Positions 38,801 to 47,908 of a DNA stretch of 64,000 nt are shown piece after piece. The notes below the pieces were generated by a model. The model was not told the origin of the DNA, did not search any database, and was given only the letters and a program-made list of their open reading frames with translations. Every line of letters begins with the position of its first letter. Position 1 is the first letter of the stretch. Origin of the DNA: a virus. Taxonomy: Duplodnaviria; Caudoviricetes. The stretch lies in the IMG/VR virus record IMGVR_UViG_3300032290_001086; one strand, given 5' to 3'. Both the position numbers and the translations under genes were made by a program.

Positions 38801-41800
38801 AAAGATTTAAAGGTGGAATATATTGGAAACGGTATTCCTAATATAACTAGAGCTTCTGTAGTCACATTTACTAATACAAATAAAGCTCCTGCTCAATCAG
38901 AAGGAGATAAAATTAAAGTATTGATGGAAACTGATGCAAGTGGAAAGATTCTTTCTATGGATATTATTTCTCTTGGAATCAATAATAACCCAGATGAAAT
39001 TTCAGAATATTCTACTGGAGGTAATGGATATAAGCTTACCGTACAAAAGAGTGCAAGAGTAAGAACTCAAATAACTGATATTGATTATGAAATGTTTGCT
39101 CCTGGAGAAGTTACAGTTGCTCCTTCTAACAATACATTTATTGTTAATAACTTTATTGAAACCAGTTTAACTGGAATCAAGGCTTCCTTACAACGTGCCA
39201 AGTCAATCATTGCTCCTGGTAATTACATTCTCTATGGTGGTCAATATTATAAGATTGCTAAGAGCCAGCCAAATAAGCCATATCTATCTGTATATCAGTA
39301 TGTAAATCCAGCAAATATTGAAGATATTAGAACTTCTCTAGTAGTAAGACTAGAAGAAGAAAGCTATAATATCACTTACAGCAGAACATTAGGTGCTGCA
39401 TATAATAATGAACTAATTACTAGATTTGAACTTTATGAAGATGATAATGTTCTAAGATACTGGCCAGATGCTGGACGACTAGAAATTGGTGAACTTGAAC
39501 TTGCAGACTTTACAAAACAGTATATTGATGGATTTACTGGGTATAGACTAACTCTTGATAGAAGCAATACTAAATATTGGCCTTCCTATATTCATGATTG
39601 GGATGGTATTGATATCGTAGAAACAATTATTGCTGGAGATCCTACTGCTCCAACACTTGCAGCCCCTGGAATATCTGTAAATAATGTTGTTGCTACTGAA
39701 CTCAGACTAGCAGATCCTGTGGATGCTACATGTTCAACTTATAAGAGAATCAAGTCTGTCGGTTATGAAGAATTAAATAGTCAATACTTTACTCATAGTG
39801 GTATTGCTACTACAAATAGAGCATATGTTGATATTGTAAGTTCTACATCAACTTTAGCTGAAGATTTCCAGAAGTACGAAATTGGTCAGACAATTAGCAT
39901 TCCATTTAGAAATCTTCAGCACGGATATTATAGAAGAGGGTATAATAATTTCTATGATTCATATCCACAACTTTATAAGTTTAAGGTAACAGCTTCAGTT
40001 GGTACTGAAGGTAGTGCAAGTTCAACTAACCGTGAAGGAGATAACTTAATTACTGGTATTCTCTATAATACTAAGCCAGCAACAACAGATCAGGCATCAC
40101 AGACAAATGATACTTCAGGAAGAATTTACTTCCAGAATATTGCTGGAATGTCTCAAATTCTAAACTCTACAAATACCTATACAGGAACTTCTACAAATAG
40201 AAAAACTACGTATCAAATTTCTGACTACGTTGATCCACTTTCAGTAGTACAAGCAACTAGAGGTATAGATTCACTTCCTGGGGTTCCTTTAAATGGAAAT
40301 CTAACTACTGGTGAAGGAACTCTTTCTGGAGTAACTCTAAATGTTGGTTCACGAACAATCACCACTACTAGTGGAATTGGAATAGTTCCTGGATTAAGAG
40401 TTATCCATCCAAATCTAAGTGAAGAATGCAGAATTAGCACTGTAAGAAGAACTGGAACCTCTCCAAACTTTACTTATGAAATAAATCTAAACTCGGGTCC
40501 AACTGCAAATATCACTAATGGTACAATAACATTTGCAGCAAATGAGCCTGTAATTCTAAAAATTGATCATCCTCTACTTGCAGATCTTCCAGTGGGAACT
40601 GAATTCCATATTGTACCTACATTCAACCAAGAAGGAACTACATTAACTAGATTCGTACAAATCTATAAGAGCAGAATTGTTGACATTCAAGCTATTGGTG
40701 GAAGTGATAATGTTATTAGACTTTATCTAGCAGATCCTCTTACTTTTGGTGGAACAAATTATATCACTGATGCTGCAAATGAAAATAGCATGACACACCC
40801 AGATTCCAGACATTATGGTTTCTGTTCTATAAACATGGGTGGTTGGTCATATCCAAGAAGTGGAGGAAGCTATTTTAATTCTAATGCTGTGAGGACATTA
40901 ACTCAGGCAGATCAACTTAAACTTCCTAACTATTCAAATAGAATTAAGTCTGGGGACATTCTAAGATATACATATGAAGCAAACACTGTTATTCAGGGTA
41001 TTTCAACAAGTTCTGTAAATCTTGGAAGAGCAAATAATTTCTTAAGATTATCTTCAATTGCGGTTGATCAAGGTGATTCCATTAAAGCTCTATTTAATAA
41101 GAAAACTGAATACTATGGAACTAGAGACATTTATAGAACTCAAGGTACTTATGTCGTAACACATAGAAGATATCTTGACCAATATGGCGATTCTACTGAT
41201 GATTATCGTTTCAATAACTCATATTCTACAGCAGGAGGAACCTTCTTTACAACATATGCTAAGACAACTGATGTACAAGCAAGTGGAGGTGCTTCAACAA
41301 TTACATTGACTGATGTTAGTGGAATTGTAGTTGGTGATGTTGTTACTGGAACTAACATTGGTTCTAATAGAAGTGTCACTGCAATTAACGGAAATATAAT
41401 TAGTATCAGTCCTTCTACTACTGGAATTGTTGCAAGTGGAACTACATTAACATTCTATGGATTATCCACGGCTACTCCTACAACATCATATTCATTTAAT
41501 GGGACTACTTATTACATAGATTATGGTATTAGTGGACAAACTAGTGGTTCTCCAACACCTGCTGCCACTGCAATTAGTGTTTGGACTCAAACAGGTAATG
41601 CATGGGGTACATATTACTTTAATGGAACTACATTAGTTCAAAATACTACTGACCCATGGAAACAATCTATTGTTCTTTCTGGTCCAAAAGATAAGCCTGG
41701 AGTTAGAAATAGACAAAGTTTTGGTGAAAATGCGGAGATTACATTTACAGTTGATCAATTTGGTGGAATAGAAACATTATCTATTACTAACGGAGGAACT

Positions 41801-44800
41801 GGATATAGAATTAATGATTATCTCATCATCAAAGGTGGATTATTTAACTTTAATAACCCAAGATATTCTAGTGATCTATATCTTTATATCAGTAAAGTGG
41901 ACCCAACTGGTAGAATTCTATCTTTCATTCCAAGATTTAGACTATCTTCTCCACTAGATAATAGAATTGTCGATTTTGATTTTGTTCACTCAGGTGCAAC
42001 ACCTACATGGACTGCTACAAATACTGCTACTGTATCAATAAGTGCGGTAAACCATGGATATGTAAATGGCGATATTGTAAATCTAACATTTAGTTTATCA
42101 ACTGGATCTAATATTGCTTCTACTGGTCAATATAAGGTTATCAATGCAACACCAGATGCATTTAATATTACTAACCCAACTTCGTTAACTGGAACAAATA
42201 CTGGAAATGTTAATATTGGAACTGATAAATTCTATTATCAATCATTAACTACAAATACTGCTGCTACAACTTCATCTACTATACTTCCTGTTTCTAGTGT
42301 TTCTGGAATCAATGTTGGAGATAAATTGTTTGGATTGGGTACTAATGTAGAAGTAGTATCTGTTGATAGTGATACTCAAATTACTTTAAACACTGCAGTA
42401 AGTGCTCCAGCTCCAGTTACATTAACAGTTACAAATTATATTTCTACAGGTACTACTACAATAACTGCAACAGTTTCTTCTACTACTGGAATTTTAGTTG
42501 GTGATGTAGTTGTTATTTCAGGTGCTACTGGCACTGAACCAACTAAATTAAACGGAACTTGGGAAGTTGCATCAGTACCATCTGGAACTACATTTACATT
42601 TGTTGTAAATACTCCTATTACTACTGGTACATATACAACTGGTCTTGGAACTGCAATTGAATCTACTCCATTAGTATTTACTACATTCTTACCAGATGAA
42701 ACAATGTATATTGATAATGTGAATGGAAGTGATATCTTCTTGATGGCAAGATATACTATTAATGGATTAATTCGTCAAACTATAGAGTATACAGTATCAT
42801 ATCTTGGAGGATTTACTGCTGGTCAAAGAGTAGTATTTACAACTCCAAAACCATCTCTGAAGACTGTATCTGGTGTTGTAACTGCAGTTACTTCTGTAGA
42901 TGCAAATGGTTACTCCACTGTTACAGTAGATACCGCAGACAATATTCTATATTCTACACATCCAACAAAAGAAGATTGGCTATCTGTAAGTGATATTCTC
43001 GTTTCACATCAAAATGATCTGTTTGCATATGATGGTCCAGTAGCACAAAGATTTATTCACAGTGAATACGGTGGGGGATTACAATTCTCAGACTTCAGCA
43101 TCTGGAATAGTTACTACAGAAATGGAAGTGAAAATAAAGGTTATGGAATTTATGGAAGCTTTGGATGGGTAGGTAATTTTGCGAGATCTATTGATGGTGC
43201 AAGAATGATTGGTTTAACTTCAAGTGGTGCATTAAGTATTAACTGGAGTAGACAAAGAGCAAATAGTATTTGGCAAGTTGCACAACCAATTAGACCAGGA
43301 TGGACCCACACTGGGGTATCAAATTCAACCGAACTTACCACATCTGCATTCTCTCCAAACTTCGCTTATGTATATTGCCATGGGTCGGATACATTCTTCA
43401 ACTCTGCATATCCATTCTATGTAATGGAAAATGGTCAGGCAATCACAAATGCAGGACAACCAAATACAATCAAGCACACAAATCTAAATACTGAAAATCT
43501 ACTACTTACTCTTAATAATGCTGCACCAGCTTACAGCCCAACTTGGTCCAGTGGATTCTACCATACTGGAGGAATTGGATCTCTAAATTATGGAATGTAT
43601 AAGTGGTCATCTACTTTTGATTCTACCAAGCCTTCTAGAATTAGAAATCTGAATAAGGTTTCATGGAGGTATCAAGATGCTAAGTTTAGAGGAGGTGTTT
43701 CTGGAAAATGGGGAGATCTTAGAGCTGGAACTGGTGTAAACACCAGACTACAAGAATCAATGATTATGAATTATGTTCAACCATATCAACTCTGTGCATA
43801 TGATTCTTCAAGAATGGTAAGAGTTGCTAACTATACCATCACTAGCCTATTCAGCACTGCTCTGAATACAACTGGTGCATCTGGTTCAAATGGTCTAGTA
43901 AGCTTAACATTTGCACCTCAAGGTTCAGCTCCATACTTCCCAGGTCAAAAGATTATCGTTTCTGGAATGACTCCTGCATCATATAATGGAACCTGGACAG
44001 TTGTAAGTTGCTCAACTACAAATGTAACATTCTATTCAAATGCATCTGGCAACCAAACTGTAGCGGGAACTATCACACCAATTATCACAGATATAAACTT
44101 CAATGCTAATATTTTTGATGGTAGAGTTCTCACTACTGGAACTGATCAGATTGTTGCAGGTAAAGATTACTTTATCGGTGGAGTAACTGGTGCGGTTGCA
44201 AACGCTATTGGAACTGATTATACTCCAGATGTTGACTTTACTGTATTCGGTGCTCCTAATAATAAGGTTGGTACAGTGTTCACTGCTACAATCACTGGAA
44301 TTCCACCAATTAAGGGAGGAGGTACTGCTAGAAGCTTCGTTGATATGAGTGGAAAGATTTCTAAGAATGATGCAATCTACACTTCTGCAGATGGTGTAAA
44401 CTTTACATTCATTGGATTTGTAAATTCTATACTCAACACAACAAGAGTAAGATTGAGTGCTCCAATTGCTGCAATCTCTTCTGCTGCTAATGTGTATGTC
44501 CTGAGAGTACGTGGTCTCAAGACAACTACATTTGATAACTCAGTTACAAATAGAGGTTTAACAAACCTCAAGGGTGAAAACGTTCTATCATCTGAAATGG
44601 CAGGATGTAACCAATATAACGTGGCAATGGTTATTAGCAGAAGAACTTACAATACTACACCACTAATTAATACTGAAAACACTGTTCAACCTATCGGAAA
44701 TAGATGGTGGTGGGGTGGAGGTGAGGTAGGACATCTATCTGTAAGACCTACATTTGGTGATCTATCAGCATTTGAATGGACTCCAATGAATATAAATATG

Positions 44801-44890
44801 ACTAGATTTAATAAGAAAGTCCACTTAGAATCTACCGTTACCGTAAACGCTAGCGGTTCTACAATTGGACTAGATAGTGTATACATCTAA
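29855..44890 (+). CDS. Giant (5011 aa) virion structural / tail-fibre-like protein
   Basis: MALTR start, RPFKTIER, PRGTSIVGYDLRKT, VSVFAVG, RASSHTWEYIG motifs of cyanophage fibre proteins; T/S/G-rich; late promoter. Confidence 0.8.
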   Translation: MALTRVTSGGIAEGVVIRFSGNGTPEYRVPGSPAITFENDTDTGVYNPNPNELAITTGGTARLIFKSDGQIVTGNGTSLGGTNPDFANATNIVLYVNQSDKNATDVETNDGGNINRPFKTIERGLVEAARKSYVAQGQDRFEAYTIMVLPGDYTIDNRPGIDVTTNPLAASASETPGSSATTGNLATGSAWRFNPRNGGVIVPRGTSIVGYDLRKTVIRPKYVPSPISDDGSITSDNYVISGVMYDAANMIQKARGFIVEQAFLHAKQLYPSIGNINETCKRDIGYIVDAVITDLREGGNANSFVAGEFYTDGTSLRFIADGTEKIATLAAFNKARDIMLHAINAWITNNVPANYSFTEITTGATPGLKPSYTSTGVNKDYSTGSTYDSSCATAESAIISLMGIITGIVSNPDTYTELYKKVLGVGFQTSIFKVTGGCYFWQMTFKDAKTNPLNSVTYNGSGIPTFTQATTPFYSHHRVVSFTYADQRTTDGELDKYYKRIDSWAADITVGNEPRIARPEEYTIVGDASTKQSIDTVNSASPYIFNCSLRSILGLCGMHTDGSKVKESSFKSMVVAQFTGISLQKDPNAYWQPRNATGRVYTDSLTTFQTGDSIRNVENESESIDNLGPIYADPNAEYKHDWRHFHIKASEGAFIQVVSVFAVGYADQFLAVNGGDMSITNSNSNFGHIALRAVGNKFTVDPPSAYGKITALIPPAGISNTSQYTEIYPIATDITWKANLGESAEKTQPFWGQAKTNFSTANGNFFKLYLEIPGVQAESDIPELVVESKDVNTGNIVVKRFLTFGANNNYNLFRDYYTTAGVQAQADCKISNQVDTATGGVSNYEAVIELAASATGDNTTNVPGNLQRQGYFWDPSRQKVYLKINPNYTSSRTYVADFLFSSVIETQFVTVTETLPDGSSQVVSRTEDVNVLEWWDSFPGSITSAKFVDARAANPNDLLWRVKYVIPKDYRDPDLKVLTPKPPEKRFIIKGTAPGNDGYGIPYSSYRFTIWDVQEIDTWERDVRDGVYYLTVLRADVDKFMDGDSGSYKNSPITLTRDDQYQTIVADGLSELYRNDNNYRVSTNVNYLYPSTNEEGNITNARTIWNPPQTDSRCIVEYLSGQGANGAYRPKDVSVPNKKYYNTSVSTTPFYEVPALTSVTAEACHRLVAALNLCYVKNVSTTSTQIKVAPVCSWDARTTFGTQTINGTANTALFNSVSTTFNIYGDVSESNPTNYRWGSGKSFNSTSDLNQYGVNGSEEDRKIVCCSYSPSVTNITNGNEVTNESNTILSLGPVVPLYRPSILRASSHTWEYIGIGPGNYSTGFPNLQTRVLKPYEQFIVQGYENGGGFIASSGTNSAGDFYIGNQVIQAGGQSTTTLNVPKVRKSSESNSVDFTDIENRIANNVINVIASENRSSASQNLLKGLSNFFTTARLTVSDRANIQTLYITDKLYIANTKILNGDKFPEGGPEGYGFAKGARPEKTGFIATDTNDRLYVSPKFLDAWRIKKKILSASNVNLDNNRIYIEPLSRTFINSIQTSLTTALTIPTLFNGSLVRNIVGGVTYGVLTITGGATATSLNLYVGMKIAQYVTSGSAVLTGEARIKSIDSTTQVTLENVTAVPATSTSGQFYGIDRIRLFDTSGLPPFGRIDLEMSINQITAEDYILDSGIKYYFNPTINISLQYDDIDYTNNTLEVTTIQNYLSYYDYVRSVLPASSAFNLHTITRNYSSVLPVIDSDATLTDTQYLSGTITGVTAHPTAGLISNTSIPSSIVDVPRNDFLVRIGVSSTFYNTVPSRGAVTIRRSVSGSVRYTTLVYFKNTNFSNQLCILRRIDTQSKSDSSFTYSTSDPFTKIFFTGSTCYASYGDKWTFESAFIPSVETITEDVDIESATLYTLPEKPVPYTGDVDTTYTDSIVPNPVTSKALGANLQTKRAVKTFQPFETLTQAAKFAEESAFGPTDEIEILMKPGYYRLVGSTFPCQVRINGSGVTSTTEQYSKEFAKRSAGRIGGYALTDVRSGDSVNFFRSADFSNNYAGRTDLLYVSTGGRNITSTGGLDISNVHFLGLNEAITRNEILDNSYSDDTQVIISRRRVRKAWYVKKSTGFPTSTAGVLGGLGFHATYASTTGKPSFSYTVNDAGLTDESGVIVAPAVDVNNVAKDARYMVITFTATNFSSTSGSPSDNQRFNWIKDYVIPGTTLFYFPNNTGTSATVDSTTRKTRVLDVRKNFTGTTLTSIQVYVAMYDGGGFTSEDEDLNISEINDLTNGLYFVFVNRDGDEFVTLTYNWCLEMRRQLLPKTFTTSGEGYDPTSVDTPEIYGIIAGYTRDTLNLVIDLNPTADFGGIRTFSFTTAGAAAGDETYNGITPVSPPTSGGTGAQFTVTRSGGVYSVLIAEAGSGYKIGDIITLSGTAVGGGSNITVTVGAITPAKSRYTGAGIMGKHPSILVKIGDTSEEYSVTIPTTPNGFLRTYGFTNDRFYLLEVNSAVIGSTTDNIGVNGTVVGGFSGYGFSDINGYSALDGGTFTFEGKTYPQSARRKTVFSSRAELDAVAKYNLYQSGGNQSANPYGYYRSGALGMTTRGREIFINYAQNYRISRKKFPTSAPPSVGNLGTTLIRVNGIPGSTNQVTLSDVTVGAFSDSSDRSNTYGGGYNGGLIAINNGQINIRGLRIRGNLILDWSSLLTAGGASRLNSNNKFGYGHSVDLIEPRETSYVTGIGANNYRRLNVSKDDINFQYYTTYTRTNNMYIEPNFLPTGKRVDYDSRAFPITTIAAIPKFDDQTLNYKTQVILDEKFSTQRLIYASSGANTSGYNLRYNNTTTTIPANTPGGHPNSAKELLRKTLVFTLPYSTENEQNIAENIAKNVFPNFTKIVRFGNTDSVLATVTQLSFYNQLGVAYFEITFSGNIEYNNLDKTDGTPSNWTGFELQLLTNYIPSQRFNYLATLTTRYKKIANSDVISSTGAAVGTYSRLEIGYDAAQKRSVFAENKDLKVEYIGNGIPNITRASVVTFTNTNKAPAQSEGDKIKVLMETDASGKILSMDIISLGINNNPDEISEYSTGGNGYKLTVQKSARVRTQITDIDYEMFAPGEVTVAPSNNTFIVNNFIETSLTGIKASLQRAKSIIAPGNYILYGGQYYKIAKSQPNKPYLSVYQYVNPANIEDIRTSLVVRLEEESYNITYSRTLGAAYNNELITRFELYEDDNVLRYWPDAGRLEIGELELADFTKQYIDGFTGYRLTLDRSNTKYWPSYIHDWDGIDIVETIIAGDPTAPTLAAPGISVNNVVATELRLADPVDATCSTYKRIKSVGYEELNSQYFTHSGIATTNRAYVDIVSSTSTLAEDFQKYEIGQTISIPFRNLQHGYYRRGYNNFYDSYPQLYKFKVTASVGTEGSASSTNREGDNLITGILYNTKPATTDQASQTNDTSGRIYFQNIAGMSQILNSTNTYTGTSTNRKTTYQISDYVDPLSVVQATRGIDSLPGVPLNGNLTTGEGTLSGVTLNVGSRTITTTSGIGIVPGLRVIHPNLSEECRISTVRRTGTSPNFTYEINLNSGPTANITNGTITFAANEPVILKIDHPLLADLPVGTEFHIVPTFNQEGTTLTRFVQIYKSRIVDIQAIGGSDNVIRLYLADPLTFGGTNYITDAANENSMTHPDSRHYGFCSINMGGWSYPRSGGSYFNSNAVRTLTQADQLKLPNYSNRIKSGDILRYTYEANTVIQGISTSSVNLGRANNFLRLSSIAVDQGDSIKALFNKKTEYYGTRDIYRTQGTYVVTHRRYLDQYGDSTDDYRFNNSYSTAGGTFFTTYAKTTDVQASGGASTITLTDVSGIVVGDVVTGTNIGSNRSVTAINGNIISISPSTTGIVASGTTLTFYGLSTATPTTSYSFNGTTYYIDYGISGQTSGSPTPAATAISVWTQTGNAWGTYYFNGTTLVQNTTDPWKQSIVLSGPKDKPGVRNRQSFGENAEITFTVDQFGGIETLSITNGGTGYRINDYLIIKGGLFNFNNPRYSSDLYLYISKVDPTGRILSFIPRFRLSSPLDNRIVDFDFVHSGATPTWTATNTATVSISAVNHGYVNGDIVNLTFSLSTGSNIASTGQYKVINATPDAFNITNPTSLTGTNTGNVNIGTDKFYYQSLTTNTAATTSSTILPVSSVSGINVGDKLFGLGTNVEVVSVDSDTQITLNTAVSAPAPVTLTVTNYISTGTTTITATVSSTTGILVGDVVVISGATGTEPTKLNGTWEVASVPSGTTFTFVVNTPITTGTYTTGLGTAIESTPLVFTTFLPDETMYIDNVNGSDIFLMARYTINGLIRQTIEYTVSYLGGFTAGQRVVFTTPKPSLKTVSGVVTAVTSVDANGYSTVTVDTADNILYSTHPTKEDWLSVSDILVSHQNDLFAYDGPVAQRFIHSEYGGGLQFSDFSIWNSYYRNGSENKGYGIYGSFGWVGNFARSIDGARMIGLTSSGALSINWSRQRANSIWQVAQPIRPGWTHTGVSNSTELTTSAFSPNFAYVYCHGSDTFFNSAYPFYVMENGQAITNAGQPNTIKHTNLNTENLLLTLNNAAPAYSPTWSSGFYHTGGIGSLNYGMYKWSSTFDSTKPSRIRNLNKVSWRYQDAKFRGGVSGKWGDLRAGTGVNTRLQESMIMNYVQPYQLCAYDSSRMVRVANYTITSLFSTALNTTGASGSNGLVSLTFAPQGSAPYFPGQKIIVSGMTPASYNGTWTVVSCSTTNVTFYSNASGNQTVAGTITPIITDINFNANIFDGRVLTTGTDQIVAGKDYFIGGVTGAVANAIGTDYTPDVDFTVFGAPNNKVGTVFTATITGIPPIKGGGTARSFVDMSGKISKNDAIYTSADGVNFTFIGFVNSILNTTRVRLSAPIAAISSAANVYVLRVRGLKTTTFDNSVTNRGLTNLKGENVLSSEMAGCNQYNVAMVISRRTYNTTPLINTENTVQPIGNRWWWGGGEVGHLSVRPTFGDLSAFEWTPMNINMTRFNKKVHLESTVTVNASGSTIGLDSVYI

Positions 44891-44905
44891 AATTCGGAGT
44901 GAACC

Positions 44906-45373
44906 ATGTCATTTTTTCTAACTGAAGACCAAGAGGGACTCGTAAATGAGTTCCTCGATAGGGAGAATCGTAAAATTTGTGAAAAACAATTAGAGTCTGA
45001 AGAAATCCCAGAGGAATTCAAAGATCTAATTAGAAAAACTATTGAAACTGATTCTCCTCTTCCATTTTTTAATCCTGGAATTGGATATTATTCCATTTCT
45101 TTTACTCCAGTAGACAAAGGAAACAGAATTTATATTCATCATCATCTAACCAATGTTTCTGAAGCAATCTATGATCCTTCTAGAGTTATAATTGATGATG
45201 GAGATCAAGTTGAAGAAGGTGAGGATGCAATTAATGCAGAAGTAATTCATCCGACAGCAGAAACTGATTACGAAGAGTTAAAATCTGCTCTGCCCGAACA
45301 TATAAATTATGATATTCCTGAAAATACGCAAGAATTTAAAGAAAATGGATATTACATTCCATCAAATGAATGA
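44906..45373 (+). CDS. Acidic hypothetical protein
   Basis: ORF track, GGAG RBS. Confidence 0.75.
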   Translation: MSFFLTEDQEGLVNEFLDRENRKICEKQLESEEIPEEFKDLIRKTIETDSPLPFFNPGIGYYSISFTPVDKGNRIYIHHHLTNVSEAIYDPSRVIIDDGDQVEEGEDAINAEVIHPTAETDYEELKSALPEHINYDIPENTQEFKENGYYIPSNE

Positions 45374-45375
45374 TC

Positions 45376-45410
45376 AATAAATAAAAGAGGGATATATATC
45401 CCTCTTTTTT
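45376..45410 (+). terminator. Palindromic terminator with abutting late-promoter-like box
   Basis: AATAAATA 45376-45383; perfect palindrome AAAAGAGGGATAT/ATATCCCTCTTTT 45383-45408 plus T-run. Confidence 0.75.
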
Positions 45411-45428
45411 AATAGGTATATACCGCAC

Positions 45429-46118
45429 ATGGCAACAAATATTCGATTAAAATCCAGTGCAGTAGCTGGGAAAACACCCACACTTTCAGACCTTTCCCCT
45501 AGAGAGTTAGCAGTTAATACTGTTGATGGCAAATTATTCATTAGAAAAGGTACTGGAATCGGTACAGATACGATCCGAGATTTATCTGATCATGGTTCCA
45601 TAGATGGTCTTGCAGATGATGATCATCTACAGTACATTCACACTACAAATACCAGAACTGGTGTTACAGCAGAATTTAACACTACTGGTAAAATTACTAC
45701 AACTAATAGTATTGGGATAGGAATCTCGTCTCCAACTGAAAAATTAGATGTAAATGGAAAAATTAAAACAAATGATTCAGTTCTTATAAGTGATTCTCAA
45801 TTAAAATGTACAACAACCACAGTTACATCATCCACTGCACAGTTTGAAGCAGATTCTTTTTCAGCTTCAACCTTTAGAACAACTAAATACTTAGTACAGG
45901 TACGACAAACAGGAACTTCTAATTTTTATAGTGCAGAGGTGTTAGTTCTTCATGATGGAACAAATGTGTATCTCACTCAGTATGGAACACTTAACACAGA
46001 AATCTCACCTGTTTCTTCTATTGATGCTGATATAAATTCTGGAAATGTTAGATTATTAATAACCCCTGCGGTTTCCGACACTACAACAAAAATCTCTAGA
46101 ATTTCACTAACAGCATAG
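45429..46118 (+). CDS. Short fibre-like virion protein
   Basis: IRLK.S…P…ELAVNT.DGKLF N-terminal fibre anchor; IGI..P.EKLDV.G repeat; C-terminal LHDGT..Y..YG domain. Confidence 0.75.
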   Translation: MATNIRLKSSAVAGKTPTLSDLSPRELAVNTVDGKLFIRKGTGIGTDTIRDLSDHGSIDGLADDDHLQYIHTTNTRTGVTAEFNTTGKITTTNSIGIGISSPTEKLDVNGKIKTNDSVLISDSQLKCTTTTVTSSTAQFEADSFSASTFRTTKYLVQVRQTGTSNFYSAEVLVLHDGTNVYLTQYGTLNTEISPVSSIDADINSGNVRLLITPAVSDTTTKISRISLTA

Positions 46119-46130
46119 GAGAAATAACAA

Positions 46131-47897
46131 ATGGCTACACTAAGACCATTAGACATTCAATACGGGTTAACTCTAAATGGTACTTTAGTACTTGATAGAG
46201 AAAGAAACCTTGCGGTAGAAAATGCTAGCATTAAAAACCTCCAAGTAACTGGAACTTTAACTGCTGTAAATTCTACAGAAACATATATTAAAGATAACAA
46301 CATACTCCTAAATTCGGGTATTGAAGCGGGAGCAATTACTACTTTAGGAACAATTACTGGTGGTACTAATTATACCACAGGAAATTATAAAAATGTCCCA
46401 CTTTCTGTAGTATCTGGAACTGCTGGTGTAGGTGCAACTGCTGATATTACAGTAAATGCTTCTGGAGCAGTATCTGCAGTAACAATTGTAAATGGTGGTT
46501 ATGGATATGCTACAAACACTGTATTTACTGTAGCTGCAGCTGATATTGATTCAGATTCAACTCCAAACGGTTCTGGATTCCAGGTTACAGTAACTGCAGT
46601 TTCTGCAGGTTCTGCATCAACAGATGCATTTATTACAGTAGCAAGAGGTACTACTGGCAGTGATGTTGCTTTAAAGTGGGATGAGACTACCACTGACAGA
46701 TGGCAATTAACTAACGATGGGACAAATTATTATAGCATTTACGTAACTAATGATGCTTCAACTGCTGCAACTGGAGATAAATTAGTTCTTCGTGATTCTT
46801 CAGGTAATATTAACGTTGCAACTATTGGTGCTTCAGTAGGAACATTTAGTGGAGACGTTGCTGTTAACGGTGGAGATATTACAACCACCGTAACTGGCGC
46901 TACAACTATTTTCAATACTAATACTACTGATCTCAGTATTGGTGGTGCTGCAACTACATTAGCACTTGCAAATACTGGTACTGGAGCAAGAACTGTTAAT
47001 ATCGCTACTGGTGCAACTGGCGGTGCATCTACATTAACATTTGGTGGAGGAGTTTCTGGTAATACTCTAAAGATTGCTAGCACTGCTGCAGGTACAGTAA
47101 ACGTAACTACTGATGTTACTACTGGCATTGCAAATATCTTTACTTCATTAACTACTGGTACTCTAAACATTGCTACAGGTGGAGCTTCAGCAATTAACCT
47201 CGGTGGTGCAGCAGCGGCTGTTGTTATTGGTACTGCAACTGGAAACTCTTCATTTGCTATTAGAAGTAATGGTGCTGGTGGCACTGCGTCTATTACTTCA
47301 AACGTTACTACTGGAACAGTTGATCTATTTACTGGAACAACTACAGGTTCAGTAAACTTGGCTACTGGTGGTGCATCTACCACTACTATTGGTGGTGCTG
47401 GAGCAACCGTTAATATCGGTGGTACTGCAGGAAACTCAACATTATCAGTAAGAGGTAATGGTACTGGAGGTTCTGCAACACTTGCAACAAACGTAACAAC
47501 TGGTACTGCAAACGTATTTACATCTGTTACTGGTACTTTAAACCTTGGTGGTGTTGGATCTACAATCTATATGGGAACTCAGGCAGCAATTACTGGAACT
47601 ACCACAACTGTTGCTACAACTACTCAAACTGCAACTGATACATTTACTGCCGCAACATTTAGAAGCTGTGAATACCTAGTTCAAATTGTACAAGGTTCTG
47701 CATATCAAATTAGTAAAATTCTACTTACTCATGACGGAACTACAGCATACATTACTGAATATGGTACTGTAACTTCTGGAAGTGTTCTTGGAACACTTGA
47801 TGCTGACATTGCAACTGGAAGTGTAAGACTATTAGTAACAATGGGTTCTGCTACAACTGCAAGTGTCAAAGTAGCAAGAACAAGCATTGTTGTATAA
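46131..47897 (+). CDS. Tail-fibre-like protein
   Basis: G/T/A-rich NIATG repeats; same C-terminal HDGT..Y..EYG domain as upstream gene. Confidence 0.75.
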   Translation: MATLRPLDIQYGLTLNGTLVLDRERNLAVENASIKNLQVTGTLTAVNSTETYIKDNNILLNSGIEAGAITTLGTITGGTNYTTGNYKNVPLSVVSGTAGVGATADITVNASGAVSAVTIVNGGYGYATNTVFTVAAADIDSDSTPNGSGFQVTVTAVSAGSASTDAFITVARGTTGSDVALKWDETTTDRWQLTNDGTNYYSIYVTNDASTAATGDKLVLRDSSGNINVATIGASVGTFSGDVAVNGGDITTTVTGATTIFNTNTTDLSIGGAATTLALANTGTGARTVNIATGATGGASTLTFGGGVSGNTLKIASTAAGTVNVTTDVTTGIANIFTSLTTGTLNIATGGASAINLGGAAAAVVIGTATGNSSFAIRSNGAGGTASITSNVTTGTVDLFTGTTTGSVNLATGGASTTTIGGAGATVNIGGTAGNSTLSVRGNGTGGSATLATNVTTGTANVFTSVTGTLNLGGVGSTIYMGTQAAITGTTTTVATTTQTATDTFTAATFRSCEYLVQIVQGSAYQISKILLTHDGTTAYITEYGTVTSGSVLGTLDADIATGSVRLLVTMGSATTASVKVARTSIVV

Positions 47898-47908
47898 AGG
47901 AGGTTTAG

